From IMG/VR virus record IMGVR_UViG_3300029705_006902, positions 1-64,000 of that record: a stretch of 64,000 nt of DNA. One strand, given 5' to 3'. Position numbers and translations under genes: made by a program. Of the stretch, positions 18,960 to 27,504 are shown in pieces; positions within the stretch are counted from its first letter, which is position 1; each line of letters opens with the position of its first letter. Under the pieces are notes generated by a model. That model had not been told where the DNA came from. It ran no database searches and saw only the letters and a list, made by a program, of their open reading frames with translations. This stretch comes from a virus (lineage: Duplodnaviria > Caudoviricetes).

Positions 18960-20858
18960 ATGTTAAACAGTTCAAAACGGCTGCTCAAAGCCGAGCAGAA
19001 AGAAAAAATCAGGCAGAGATATAGGGGCATGGACACATCCAATATGGAAGTAATTCCGGCTGAAGCTGCTCCCGATTTTTATGATGAAAAATTTAAACGA
19101 GTGGCAGTATATGTTCGTGTTTCGACAGATAATATCCAACAAACCACCTCATTTGAAATTCAAAAGAATTACTATGAAGACATGGTTGACAAGCACGATA
19201 ACTGGGCCTTGGTAGACATCTATGCCGATGAAGGTATTTCAGGTACTTCTTTGATGCATCGAGAGGCTTTTAATCAGATGATTGATGACTGCAAAGCTGG
19301 AAAAATCGATTTGATAATTACAAAGAGCGTGTCCCGTTTCGCGAGAAATATCGTTGATTGCATTAGAATTGTAAGAGAGCTGTCCGAGATGAGAGACCCG
19401 GTTGGCGTTTTCTTTGAGACGGAGCACATATTTACTTTAAAAGAAGACACCGAAATGACGCTCTCGTTTCAAGCGGCTATGGCACAGGAGGAGTCTCATG
19501 CAAAGAGCCGCATAATGAACTCCTCATTAGAGATGCGATTTAGCCATGGTATTTTGTTGACCCCCGAACTTTATGGTTACCGCCATAACGAAGAAGGCAA
19601 ATTGATAATTTGTGAGGAAGAGGCACCCGTTGTACGATTAATTTTCTTTATGTATCTTTATGGTTATACGAGTCAGCAGATAGCTGATACACTAACTAAA
19701 CTTGAAATATTAACCCCAAAAGGAAAAAGTGAATGGGCGTCAGGAACTGTTCTTGGAATTCTCCGCAATGAAAGACATTGTGGCGATGTTTTAACAAGAA
19801 AAACATATACACCTAATTATCTAAATCATAAATCTGTCAAAAACAGAGGAAATAAGACGCAGCATCTATGGAGAGAGCAACACGAGGGCATCGTTTCTCG
19901 TGACGATTTTATTGCCGTGCAGCACTTAATTAATAATGCTAAATACGGAAACAAAGGAATTCTGCCCGAATTAAAAGTAATCTCAAGCGGTGCATTAAAA
20001 GGATTTGTATCCATTAATCCCCGATGGGGAGGTTTCACACGGGACGATTATTACGAGGCATCTGCGAGCGTTGTTCCGGATACCCCTACGCAAGATGAAC
20101 CAATACAGGTAACTGCTAAATCAGGTGAGTTTGATTTGCGTGGTTTTGAAATTGCTCGGTCGCAGTTTTTCGATACCCAAGATAAAATGTGCATATCATT
20201 TTTCTGCGACCATGTCACATTTTCTACATCGTGTATTAAAAAGTTCGACAAAAAAATGTATGTAGAAATCCTTGTCAATCCGGTTCAACATTTACTTGCA
20301 GTTCGACCTTGCGATAAAACTGTGAGGAATGCTCTCAAGTGGTCACGCCTTACCCCCGATGGTGATTATGTTCCGAAAGTAATCAGCGGAGCAGCTTTTA
20401 TAAAAACCATGTATGATTTGTTTGAATGGATCCCGGAATACCGATATCGAATAAGAGGTATAAAGAGAACAAAAGGAGATGAATCTATACTTATATTCGA
20501 TTTAAAAGAAACAGAACTTTTCATCCCCAAAGCCGTGCTTGATGCCGAAACCCAAGATGCCGAACATAGCGATGTTACTCCGGTAATGCCTGATGTTCGT
20601 GAAAAAGTCGTAGCATATCCAAATGATTGGGCGGACAGCTTTGGTAGTGATTATTATTTGCACGCCCAAACAAATGAAACCCCTATGTGTATGGATGGCG
20701 AGGAAAAATGGGAAAAAGCGGATGCAAAAAGCATACCTTTCATGCCAGAATTACAAGTTACGGCACCGAACGATATTGCAAACAATATTCAACAAATAAT
20801 TAGTGATATTAAAAACACAGCTTCCAAAGACGGAGCAGATTTAGGAGGAAATGAATAA
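18960..20858 (+). CDS. Atypical large serine recombinase (632 aa): resolvase + recombinase domains, no zinc ribbon, novel C-terminal domain
   Basis: RVAVYVRVST catalytic motif, DEGISG, TKSVSRFARN, ILRNERHCG; no CxxC zinc ribbon after the recombinase domain. Confidence 0.9.
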   Translation: MLNSSKRLLKAEQKEKIRQRYRGMDTSNMEVIPAEAAPDFYDEKFKRVAVYVRVSTDNIQQTTSFEIQKNYYEDMVDKHDNWALVDIYADEGISGTSLMHREAFNQMIDDCKAGKIDLIITKSVSRFARNIVDCIRIVRELSEMRDPVGVFFETEHIFTLKEDTEMTLSFQAAMAQEESHAKSRIMNSSLEMRFSHGILLTPELYGYRHNEEGKLIICEEEAPVVRLIFFMYLYGYTSQQIADTLTKLEILTPKGKSEWASGTVLGILRNERHCGDVLTRKTYTPNYLNHKSVKNRGNKTQHLWREQHEGIVSRDDFIAVQHLINNAKYGNKGILPELKVISSGALKGFVSINPRWGGFTRDDYYEASASVVPDTPTQDEPIQVTAKSGEFDLRGFEIARSQFFDTQDKMCISFFCDHVTFSTSCIKKFDKKMYVEILVNPVQHLLAVRPCDKTVRNALKWSRLTPDGDYVPKVISGAAFIKTMYDLFEWIPEYRYRIRGIKRTKGDESILIFDLKETELFIPKAVLDAETQDAEHSDVTPVMPDVREKVVAYPNDWADSFGSDYYLHAQTNETPMCMDGEEKWEKADAKSIPFMPELQVTAPNDIANNIQQIISDIKNTASKDGADLGGNE

Positions 20859-21565
20859 TGGATACATATATTAATGACCCTGTAGCTTTAGCCTTAAATG
20901 AAGAAAAAGCATCTGATACAAGAATTGAGATTATTGAAGACCCGGATTTTTCATATGAGGGATTCCAAGTTGTTCGTGGCGAGTTTTTTGCTCATATGTA
21001 TGAGCCATCTATAACATTTAATAACTGCAAGGTTTCTTTAAATACTGCGTGTATAAAGAAACTACCTGAGGTTGAGTATGTGCAGATACTTGTAAATCCC
21101 GAAACAATGAAACTTGCAGTACGCCCCTGTAATGAGGATGATAAAGACTCATTTTTGTGGTGCAACAATAAGAATGGAAAACGCAAACCCAAGCAGATTA
21201 CTTGCCGTTTGTTTTTTGCAAAGCTTGTAAGTTTGATGGGTTGGAATCCTAACTACAGATATAAGATGCTCGGCAAAATTATAAAAAGCGGAGATGATTT
21301 TCTTATCCTCTTCGACTTAAATGCAACCGAAATGTATCAGCGAACAGTAAAGGATGATGGTAAAATCAGAACCTCACGCACACCAATTTTTCCTGCTGAA
21401 TGGCAAGATCAGTTCGGTCTTCCGGTTGAAGAGCATCAAAAACTGTTGCAAGTTAATATATTTGATGGTTATACCGTTTTTGGAGTTCAGGAGAAAAAAG
21501 AAAACAACGCACCCACTGCCGAACTTACAATAGAAAGTATTCCTGAAGGAGGGGAAAATGTATGA
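20858..21565 (+). CDS. Hypothetical protein (235 aa) homologous to the recombinase C-terminal domain
   Basis: GFQVVRGEFF...CIKKL..VEYVQILVNP...LAVRPC...W..NYRYK...ILFDL aligns with the recombinase region encoded at ~20130-20520. Confidence 0.85.
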   Translation: MDTYINDPVALALNEEKASDTRIEIIEDPDFSYEGFQVVRGEFFAHMYEPSITFNNCKVSLNTACIKKLPEVEYVQILVNPETMKLAVRPCNEDDKDSFLWCNNKNGKRKPKQITCRLFFAKLVSLMGWNPNYRYKMLGKIIKSGDDFLILFDLNATEMYQRTVKDDGKIRTSRTPIFPAEWQDQFGLPVEEHQKLLQVNIFDGYTVFGVQEKKENNAPTAELTIESIPEGGENV

Positions 21566-21951
21566 CAGCAGGATTACCGGCTTCATTGCTTGTGGATTTT
21601 TCAAAATTCAGAGTTTGCATACATACCAGGGTTCTGTCTGCTTTAGGCAATCCCGATTACATATTGCTTATGGTAAACCCAAACGAAAAGAGTATCGCAA
21701 TTATGCGAGGCTCTGAAAAGTTTGCAGACACACATAGAGTTTCGTATAACAAATTGAAAGATGGTCGATGTTGCGAAATTTATAGTCGTTCTTTTGTAAA
21801 AAAATTATTAGAGGTTTGTCCCGAATGGAGAGTAAAAAGCACCTACAGATTAAGTGGCGATGTGATTCAAGGAAAATCAATAGCTGTATTTTCAATGACA
21901 GGTGCGGAGGAATTACGAGTTAGCAAGGAGGCTGATATTGATGGTCAATGA
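21562..21951 (+). CDS. Hypothetical protein (129 aa), third, more divergent copy of the same domain
   Basis: RVCIHTRVLSALGNPDYILLMVNP...IAI...W....YRLSG...AVF. Confidence 0.75.
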   Translation: MTAGLPASLLVDFSKFRVCIHTRVLSALGNPDYILLMVNPNEKSIAIMRGSEKFADTHRVSYNKLKDGRCCEIYSRSFVKKLLEVCPEWRVKSTYRLSGDVIQGKSIAVFSMTGAEELRVSKEADIDGQ

Positions 21952-22891
21952 GAGCCTCTATCTTAAAACCAACCCGGAATGGGAGCATTACATTTACCCG
22001 CTAACACCAAAAGAGGTAAAAGACCTACATAAAGAATTGGATGAAAAAGGTTATCAAGGAACTATTAAAGTTTGGAATCTTTATGTCTTAACCGACCATG
22101 AGGCCTTTGAATATTGCAAGAAAAATGATATATCATACCGCATCGAACACATAAAAGCCAAAAATATGGAAGAGGCACTTTTGTGGATTTGCAAATATGA
22201 ACTTGCAAATCGCAAATGGCTCCCTGAAGAAATGAAAAAATATTTGATTGGAAAAAGGTATATTTTTGAAAGGGTTCTTGGTGCTCACTCTCATATGGAA
22301 GCGAGAAAACTTGCAAATAGGAATCCTAAATATAAACAGCAAATCGGGGGTACAAAGTATGATGAAACTGCAACCAGTACCAGACAAAGAATAGGTGCTG
22401 ACTACCACATTTCATATGTTACGGTACGAAAATATGGAATTTACGCAGAAATGGTAGATACCATTATGGAAGTTTCGCCTGATTTGGCAAAAGGCATCAT
22501 CAGCGGAAATATTCGCATTTCACACGAAAATATGGAAGCTATCGTTTCTCTGCCCCCCAATGAAATAAGGACAGCAGCGGAAAAAATATTAACCGAGCAT
22601 AAGAATAATAAAAACTATTCAGCACCCCGTGAAATATTATTGCAAACCCCCGGATTTGAGAGTAAAACAATGCCTACAGTTGGCTTGATAAAAAATATGC
22701 CAGAATATGACCCGGATGCAGAGGTTTCAAGCCTTACTCTGACAATTCCGATGTGGATAAGTTCTGTTAATAGAACTAAGGCAGCAACGGATATGACAAA
22801 GGTAAGCGCCCTGGCAAAAACACGATTAAAAAAAGCATTAAGAGAACTTAATAGTGCTATTCAATCAATGTATTCAGAAATAAAGGAGTAA
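21902..22891 (+). CDS. ParB-like N-terminal domain plus HTH protein (up to 329 aa; true start probably near 21938-21947)
   Basis: IYPLTPKE..L...L...G...I.VW...VLTDHEAFEYC...WIC...L..R...E.KKYLIGKRY, a degenerate ParB/Srx motif, followed by an HTH-like segment. Confidence 0.6.
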   Translation: MRRNYELARRLILMVNESLYLKTNPEWEHYIYPLTPKEVKDLHKELDEKGYQGTIKVWNLYVLTDHEAFEYCKKNDISYRIEHIKAKNMEEALLWICKYELANRKWLPEEMKKYLIGKRYIFERVLGAHSHMEARKLANRNPKYKQQIGGTKYDETATSTRQRIGADYHISYVTVRKYGIYAEMVDTIMEVSPDLAKGIISGNIRISHENMEAIVSLPPNEIRTAAEKILTEHKNNKNYSAPREILLQTPGFESKTMPTVGLIKNMPEYDPDAEVSSLTLTIPMWISSVNRTKAATDMTKVSALAKTRLKKALRELNSAIQSMYSEIKE

Positions 22892-22896
22892 AAACA

Positions 22897-23838
22897 ATGG
22901 AAGATAATATCCAAGATTTATTTGAAAATACCGAACCGAGTGAAGATATTCTTGACTTGAGTTTGTTTATTCCCAATGTAAAATTTGAACTTATTCCAAT
23001 TAAAAATCTTGTATCAAACCAGGATTATCAAAGAAATCTTTCTACCTCACATATCAGAAGAACCGTTGAGAGTTTTGATATTTATCAAGTAAATCCGGTA
23101 AAAGTTAGTAGGCGTGATGGTATAAATTATGTTTTCAATGGACAGCACACCATCGAAATAATCGCAGCGGTATCAAACTCCCGTGAGACCCCTGTATGGT
23201 GTATGGTTTACGATGATATGGATTACACAATGGAAGCCGATGTTTTTGCAAATCAGCAAAAATGCGTAAAGCCTCTCGTACCATATGAAATCTTTATGGC
23301 AAACCTTGAAGCGGGCAACGATATGCAGCTTATAATAAAAGACCTTGTTGAGTCCTATCAGTTGGTTATTGGGGCTACCAGGGGCATAAATACTATTTGT
23401 GCTGTTTCTTCATTAGAATACATTTATGAAAAATTCGGGTTTCATGTTCTTGACCGTACCCTTCGTCTTACCGTCAGCACTTGGGAAGGTGAACCGTACT
23501 CCTTGTCTTCAAATATGCTTAAAGGCATAGCTCGCCTTATTGTAGCTTTCGGTGACAAGTTGAGAGATGACCTTTTCAAGGATAAAGTTGGTATATATTC
23601 AGCGAAGGACATTACTCGAACAGCAAAAGAAAGAGCATCCGGCTCTATGGGATATGCCGAGGCTATGCTTTTAGCTTATAATAAAAAGATGCGTTATCCA
23701 TTGCGTTGGGCAAACCTATACTCCAACAAAAAGGCACATCTTCAAGAAACCTTTGAGTTTTCTTCTGCAAGTGATGATTATCAAGAAGCAGATGAAGTAT
23801 CACTTGATGACGCAGTTGAGGAGACTTTTGAAGATTGA
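22897..23838 (+). CDS. ParB-like/DGQHR-related protein (DUF6551-like, 313 aa)
   Basis: IPIKNL...QDYQRNLS...VKVSRR...VFNGQHT ParB/Srx-type core; RBS AAGGAG. Confidence 0.7.
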   Translation: MEDNIQDLFENTEPSEDILDLSLFIPNVKFELIPIKNLVSNQDYQRNLSTSHIRRTVESFDIYQVNPVKVSRRDGINYVFNGQHTIEIIAAVSNSRETPVWCMVYDDMDYTMEADVFANQQKCVKPLVPYEIFMANLEAGNDMQLIIKDLVESYQLVIGATRGINTICAVSSLEYIYEKFGFHVLDRTLRLTVSTWEGEPYSLSSNMLKGIARLIVAFGDKLRDDLFKDKVGIYSAKDITRTAKERASGSMGYAEAMLLAYNKKMRYPLRWANLYSNKKAHLQETFEFSSASDDYQEADEVSLDDAVEETFED

Positions 23839-24014
23839 AAATAAAGGTTATATTGCCAGTATCAGAGGAGGGAAAAGAAAAACTTTCACGAGCTATATGT
23901 AAAGCTCATCTTGATATGGTAGTAAAAAACATTAACAAACTAAATATATCTTACGAGCTAAAGCTGAAACTGTTTGATGCCGTTTGTGAAGAAATACAAA
24001 GCCGAAACAAGTAA
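23835..24014 (+). CDS. Small helical protein (59 aa, TTG start; not in the ORF track)
   Basis: TTGA overlap with the upstream stop; RBS GAGGAG at 23818; MKIKVILPVSEEGKEKLSRAICKAHLDMVV... Confidence 0.55.
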   Translation: MKIKVILPVSEEGKEKLSRAICKAHLDMVVKNINKLNISYELKLKLFDAVCEEIQSRNK

Positions 24015-24149
24015 ATAGCGTTAATACAATGCTATTTGCTTGTTTTATTTCATAAAATATGTTAATCTGTATGTATTAGAACTATAAAGCCATTCCAAGA
24101 CCTTTTTATAGGACAGAGGCTATTATTAAATACTTTCGGAGGTGTTTTT

Positions 24150-24560
24150 ATGAAACTAATTTTTTGTATTGATGACAAGAACGGCTTGATGTTTAATGGC
24201 CGCCGACAGAGCCAAGACCGAGTGTTGCGTGAACGAATTCTTAATTTAGCCACAAACTCACGCCTTTGGATGAGTGATTATTCATCAAGGCAATTTACCG
24301 AAGGCGGTAACATAACAATTGATAATGATTACGTTAATAAGGCAGAAAAAGACGACTACTGTTTTATCGAAGATGGTGGATACAACTTTGAAAACTGTAC
24401 GGAAATAGTCCTTTATAACTGGAACCGTCATTATCCTTCTGACATACAGTTTGATTTCGATTTAAAGGCAAATGGATACAAGCGTGTATCTAAAACTGAT
24501 TTTGCCGGATCATCACACAAGAAAATCACAGAAGAAATCTATGTCAGAAAGGATGGTTAA
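24150..24560 (+). CDS. Conserved hypothetical protein (136 aa)
   Basis: RBS GGAGG; MKLIFCIDDKNGLMFNGRRQS...VLYNWNRHYPSD; coupled to the nuclease gene. Confidence 0.75.
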   Translation: MKLIFCIDDKNGLMFNGRRQSQDRVLRERILNLATNSRLWMSDYSSRQFTEGGNITIDNDYVNKAEKDDYCFIEDGGYNFENCTEIVLYNWNRHYPSDIQFDFDLKANGYKRVSKTDFAGSSHKKITEEIYVRKDG

Positions 24561-24562
24561 TA

Positions 24563-25879
24563 ATGAAAAAGATAAGTAACACCCTTTCTTCTGCCTTGCA
24601 GTGGGCATTTGCAGTATTGTGTTTTTTAGGTGTTTTAGTCTATGGTTTTACCTTTGGTAGCTTTTTGATTTTGCTTGCGGGACTTATAGCAATGCCGATT
24701 AAGCCTGTTAGAAAATTCTTGAGAGAAAAACTGAAGGTAAAAACACTCGTTGCTGTTCTTTTATCAATAGTTTTATTCGTTGGTGGCTGTATGGTTATGC
24801 CACAGCTTGAGACGGATGTTCCAATAGATGAAACAACAGTTACTACAACCGAAGAAGAAGAGCCAGCCACCACTGTTGCTCAAACAACCGAAGAGCTAAC
24901 TTCTGAAGTTGCAACCACGGAAGAACCAACTACCGAACCAACTACCAAACCAACTACCGAACCAACTACCGAACCAACTACCGAAACAGCAACCTCCTCA
25001 ATCGTAGCTAATAAAGAGAACTTAAGTTCAAATAAGGTTTCTGTTGCGGACATCCCCAATTTTTCTGGCAAAGCATATATAGCTGTAAATGGCAACAAAC
25101 CATATTTCACCGAGTCTGAAATAACCTCAAAAGCCTTTGAGACTTATACATCTCTTGACAGTAATGGAAGATGCGGTGTTGCGATGGCTTGCTGTGGTGC
25201 AGAAATAATGCCGGGGCCCGGTGAAGAAAGAGGTAGCATAAGCAGCATAAAACCGTCCGGTTGGGTTCAAGCTCAATACGATTGTGTAAGTGGTAAATAC
25301 TTATATAACCGCTGTCATCTTATTGGTTGGCAGCTCTCCGCAGAAAATGCAAACAGAAGAAATCTTATAACCGGAACAAAATATCTGAATATTGAGGGTA
25401 TGCTGCCTTTTGAAAATATGGTAGCCGACTACATAAACGAAACCGGAAACCACGTTATGTATCGAATAACCCCAATTTTCAAGGGTAACAATCTTGTAGC
25501 AAGTGGTGTGCAAATGGAAGCATACTCTGTCGAAGACGGCGGAGATGGTATTTGCTTTAATGTTTATTGTTATAATGTTCAGCCCGGAGTTGTGATAAAC
25601 TATGCTACGGGCAGTAGCTATCTTGAAGGTGGTTCTTCTGAAACCTCAACAAAAAAAGAAACAACCACTAAGGAAACAACGACAAAGGCCCCCACTACTA
25701 CAAATAGCGGTAGCCATAATGTTTCAGCTTCATACATTCTTAATACGAATACGAAAAAAGTTCATTACCCCGGTTGTAGGTCCGTAAAACAAATGGCGGA
25801 TAAAAATAAGCAAGAATATAATGGTAGCCTCGATGACATCTTGTCTCGTGGATATACAACTTGTGGGAACTGTTTCTAA
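24563..25879 (+). CDS. Membrane-anchored DNA/RNA non-specific endonuclease (DNA-entry nuclease type) with C-terminal Ada-like metal-binding domain (438 aa)
   Basis: N-terminal TM helices; EPTT linker (5 x 12 bp at 24923-24982); LDSNGRCG...YNRCHLIG...NLITGTKYLN; YILNTNTKKVHYPGC...C..C. Confidence 0.85.
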   Translation: MKKISNTLSSALQWAFAVLCFLGVLVYGFTFGSFLILLAGLIAMPIKPVRKFLREKLKVKTLVAVLLSIVLFVGGCMVMPQLETDVPIDETTVTTTEEEEPATTVAQTTEELTSEVATTEEPTTEPTTKPTTEPTTEPTTETATSSIVANKENLSSNKVSVADIPNFSGKAYIAVNGNKPYFTESEITSKAFETYTSLDSNGRCGVAMACCGAEIMPGPGEERGSISSIKPSGWVQAQYDCVSGKYLYNRCHLIGWQLSAENANRRNLITGTKYLNIEGMLPFENMVADYINETGNHVMYRITPIFKGNNLVASGVQMEAYSVEDGGDGICFNVYCYNVQPGVVINYATGSSYLEGGSSETSTKKETTTKETTTKAPTTTNSGSHNVSASYILNTNTKKVHYPGCRSVKQMADKNKQEYNGSLDDILSRGYTTCGNCF

Positions 25880-25884
25880 AACAA

Positions 25885-25915
25885 AGGCTCGATGGTAGAA
25901 AATATCAACGAGCCT
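25885..25915. terminator. Hairpin between convergent nuclease and recombinase genes
   Basis: AGGCTCG/CGAGCCT stem with A- and T-rich flanks. Confidence 0.55.
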
Positions 25916-25923
25916 ATTATTTT

Positions 25924-27504
25924 TTATATAGTAACTTCCGTTCCTCCTTTGAAGAAAAACTGCATCTTCTCATCGTGATATATTACAACCCTGTCAATCA
26001 TATGTAACCACAGCCTTTCATCAAAATCTGTGAGGGGCTCATCGTTTTCTTTTAACTGGAACATAAATGCGCCTATAGCTTCAGCTTGTTCTTCTTTACG
26101 CTGCCTTTCCGCTTCAAGGGATTTAAGGCTTTTTACGGCTTTGGAATGCCTTGTTTCAAGTTTAGAATACTTGTGGGAAAACTCCTCCTGGTCTTGCGCC
26201 TTCATAGTATTTTCTATTATTGCTTTTTTTATAAGTTCTTCTATTATTTCTATGTCCGAATACAACTCCTCGATTTTTTCATCAATTTCAGTTGTATCGG
26301 TTAGTACTTCTTGCATAATTCTGCAGTTTTCAAGCAGCTCATCACGCTGTGAAAGGAGTTTATTAAAAGCTGTAATAAAGGCAGTACGTATTGCTTCTTC
26401 ATCCAGGTGCGATGTGCTGCAATGCTCACCATTTTTGAATTTATTATTACATTGCCATATTGTTCTTCGGTATTTACTGTTAGAGTGCCATACCTTTGAA
26501 CCATAGTAACCACCACAATCACCGCAAACTATGCGAGTTGAAAAAATGCTGTTACCACTGTAACTTTTTCCCATTTCTTTTCTTCTCTTTAATTCCAGTT
26601 GAACTGCTTCGAAGATTTCAGGGGAAACAATAGCTTCGTGGCTGTGTTCAATATAGTACTGCGGAACTTCGCCTTCATTCTTTTTCATTTTTTTCGTAAG
26701 GAAATCCAAGGTATATTCCTTTTGCAATATTGCCGAACCTTTGTATTTTTCATTCTGCAAAATGCTTGAAATTGTGGAAGGACGCCATTTGGTTTTTCCC
26801 GCCGGTGTAGGTATCCCTTCTTGGGTTAAAATATTTGCTATCATACAAGGAGTTTTTCCATTCAAGAATTCCTTGTATATTCTTCTCACAATTACTGCCT
26901 GGCTTTCGTTAACTATTGGAAAATCACCATTACCTTTTTCAAACCCAAGGAAGTGGCTATACGGAAGTGTAACCTTACCATCGGCGAATCGCTTTCTTTG
27001 GCCCCAAGTAATATTCTCGGAAATTGACCTGCTTTCTTCCTGTGCAATTGAGGACATAATTGTTATAAGAAGTTCACCGCTTGTGTCGAGGGTATGGATG
27101 TTTTCTTTTTCAAAAAACACCTCAACACCGATTTCCTTAAGCGTTCTAACGGTTGTAAGAGTATCAACGGTATTTCTTGCGAATCTACTAATTGATTTGG
27201 TTACAATGAGGTCGATTTTGCCTGCTTCAGCATCATCTATCATTTCTTGAAATCCGTATCTCTTTTTAATGTTCGTTCCTGAAATACCCTCATCGGTGTA
27301 TACTTTTACGAAATCCCAGTCTTCATGGGAATTAATATAGTTAGTGTAATAATCTATTTGGGCAACATAACTCGTTTTTTGTTCCTCGCTGTCAGTTGAA
27401 ACACGAGCGTAAGCTGCAACCTTTCTTCGTTTGTTTTCAGCTAATAATCTTCTTGTTTTTGGGTCTTTTATGGCTGGTATTATCTGAACTATTCTTTCTT
27501 TCAT
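25924..27504 (-). CDS. Large serine recombinase (526 aa)
   Basis: KVAAYARVST, DEGISG, recombinase domain, CGDCG zinc ribbon, coiled coil. Confidence 0.95.
   Translation of the reverse strand: MKERIVQIIPAIKDPKTRRLLAENKRRKVAAYARVSTDSEEQKTSYVAQIDYYTNYINSHEDWDFVKVYTDEGISGTNIKKRYGFQEMIDDAEAGKIDLIVTKSISRFARNTVDTLTTVRTLKEIGVEVFFEKENIHTLDTSGELLITIMSSIAQEESRSISENITWGQRKRFADGKVTLPYSHFLGFEKGNGDFPIVNESQAVIVRRIYKEFLNGKTPCMIANILTQEGIPTPAGKTKWRPSTISSILQNEKYKGSAILQKEYTLDFLTKKMKKNEGEVPQYYIEHSHEAIVSPEIFEAVQLELKRRKEMGKSYSGNSIFSTRIVCGDCGGYYGSKVWHSNSKYRRTIWQCNNKFKNGEHCSTSHLDEEAIRTAFITAFNKLLSQRDELLENCRIMQEVLTDTTEIDEKIEELYSDIEIIEELIKKAIIENTMKAQDQEEFSHKYSKLETRHSKAVKSLKSLEAERQRKEEQAEAIGAFMFQLKENDEPLTDFDERLWLHMIDRVVIYHDEKMQFFFKGGTEVTI

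Larger units (their letters stand above)
12966..25879. mobile_element. Accessory island (own serine recombinase module) abutting, or forming the left arm of, the prophage
   Basis: Visibly AT-rich; starts next to the tRNA remnant; many short hypothetical genes, Xre pair, recombinase; boundaries inferred. Confidence 0.55.

Noticed and set aside
24150-24560. Specific enzymatic label (e.g. RNase Z or DHFR) for the 136-aa protein
   Set aside because: No HxHxDH metallo-beta-lactamase motif and too little similarity to support either name.
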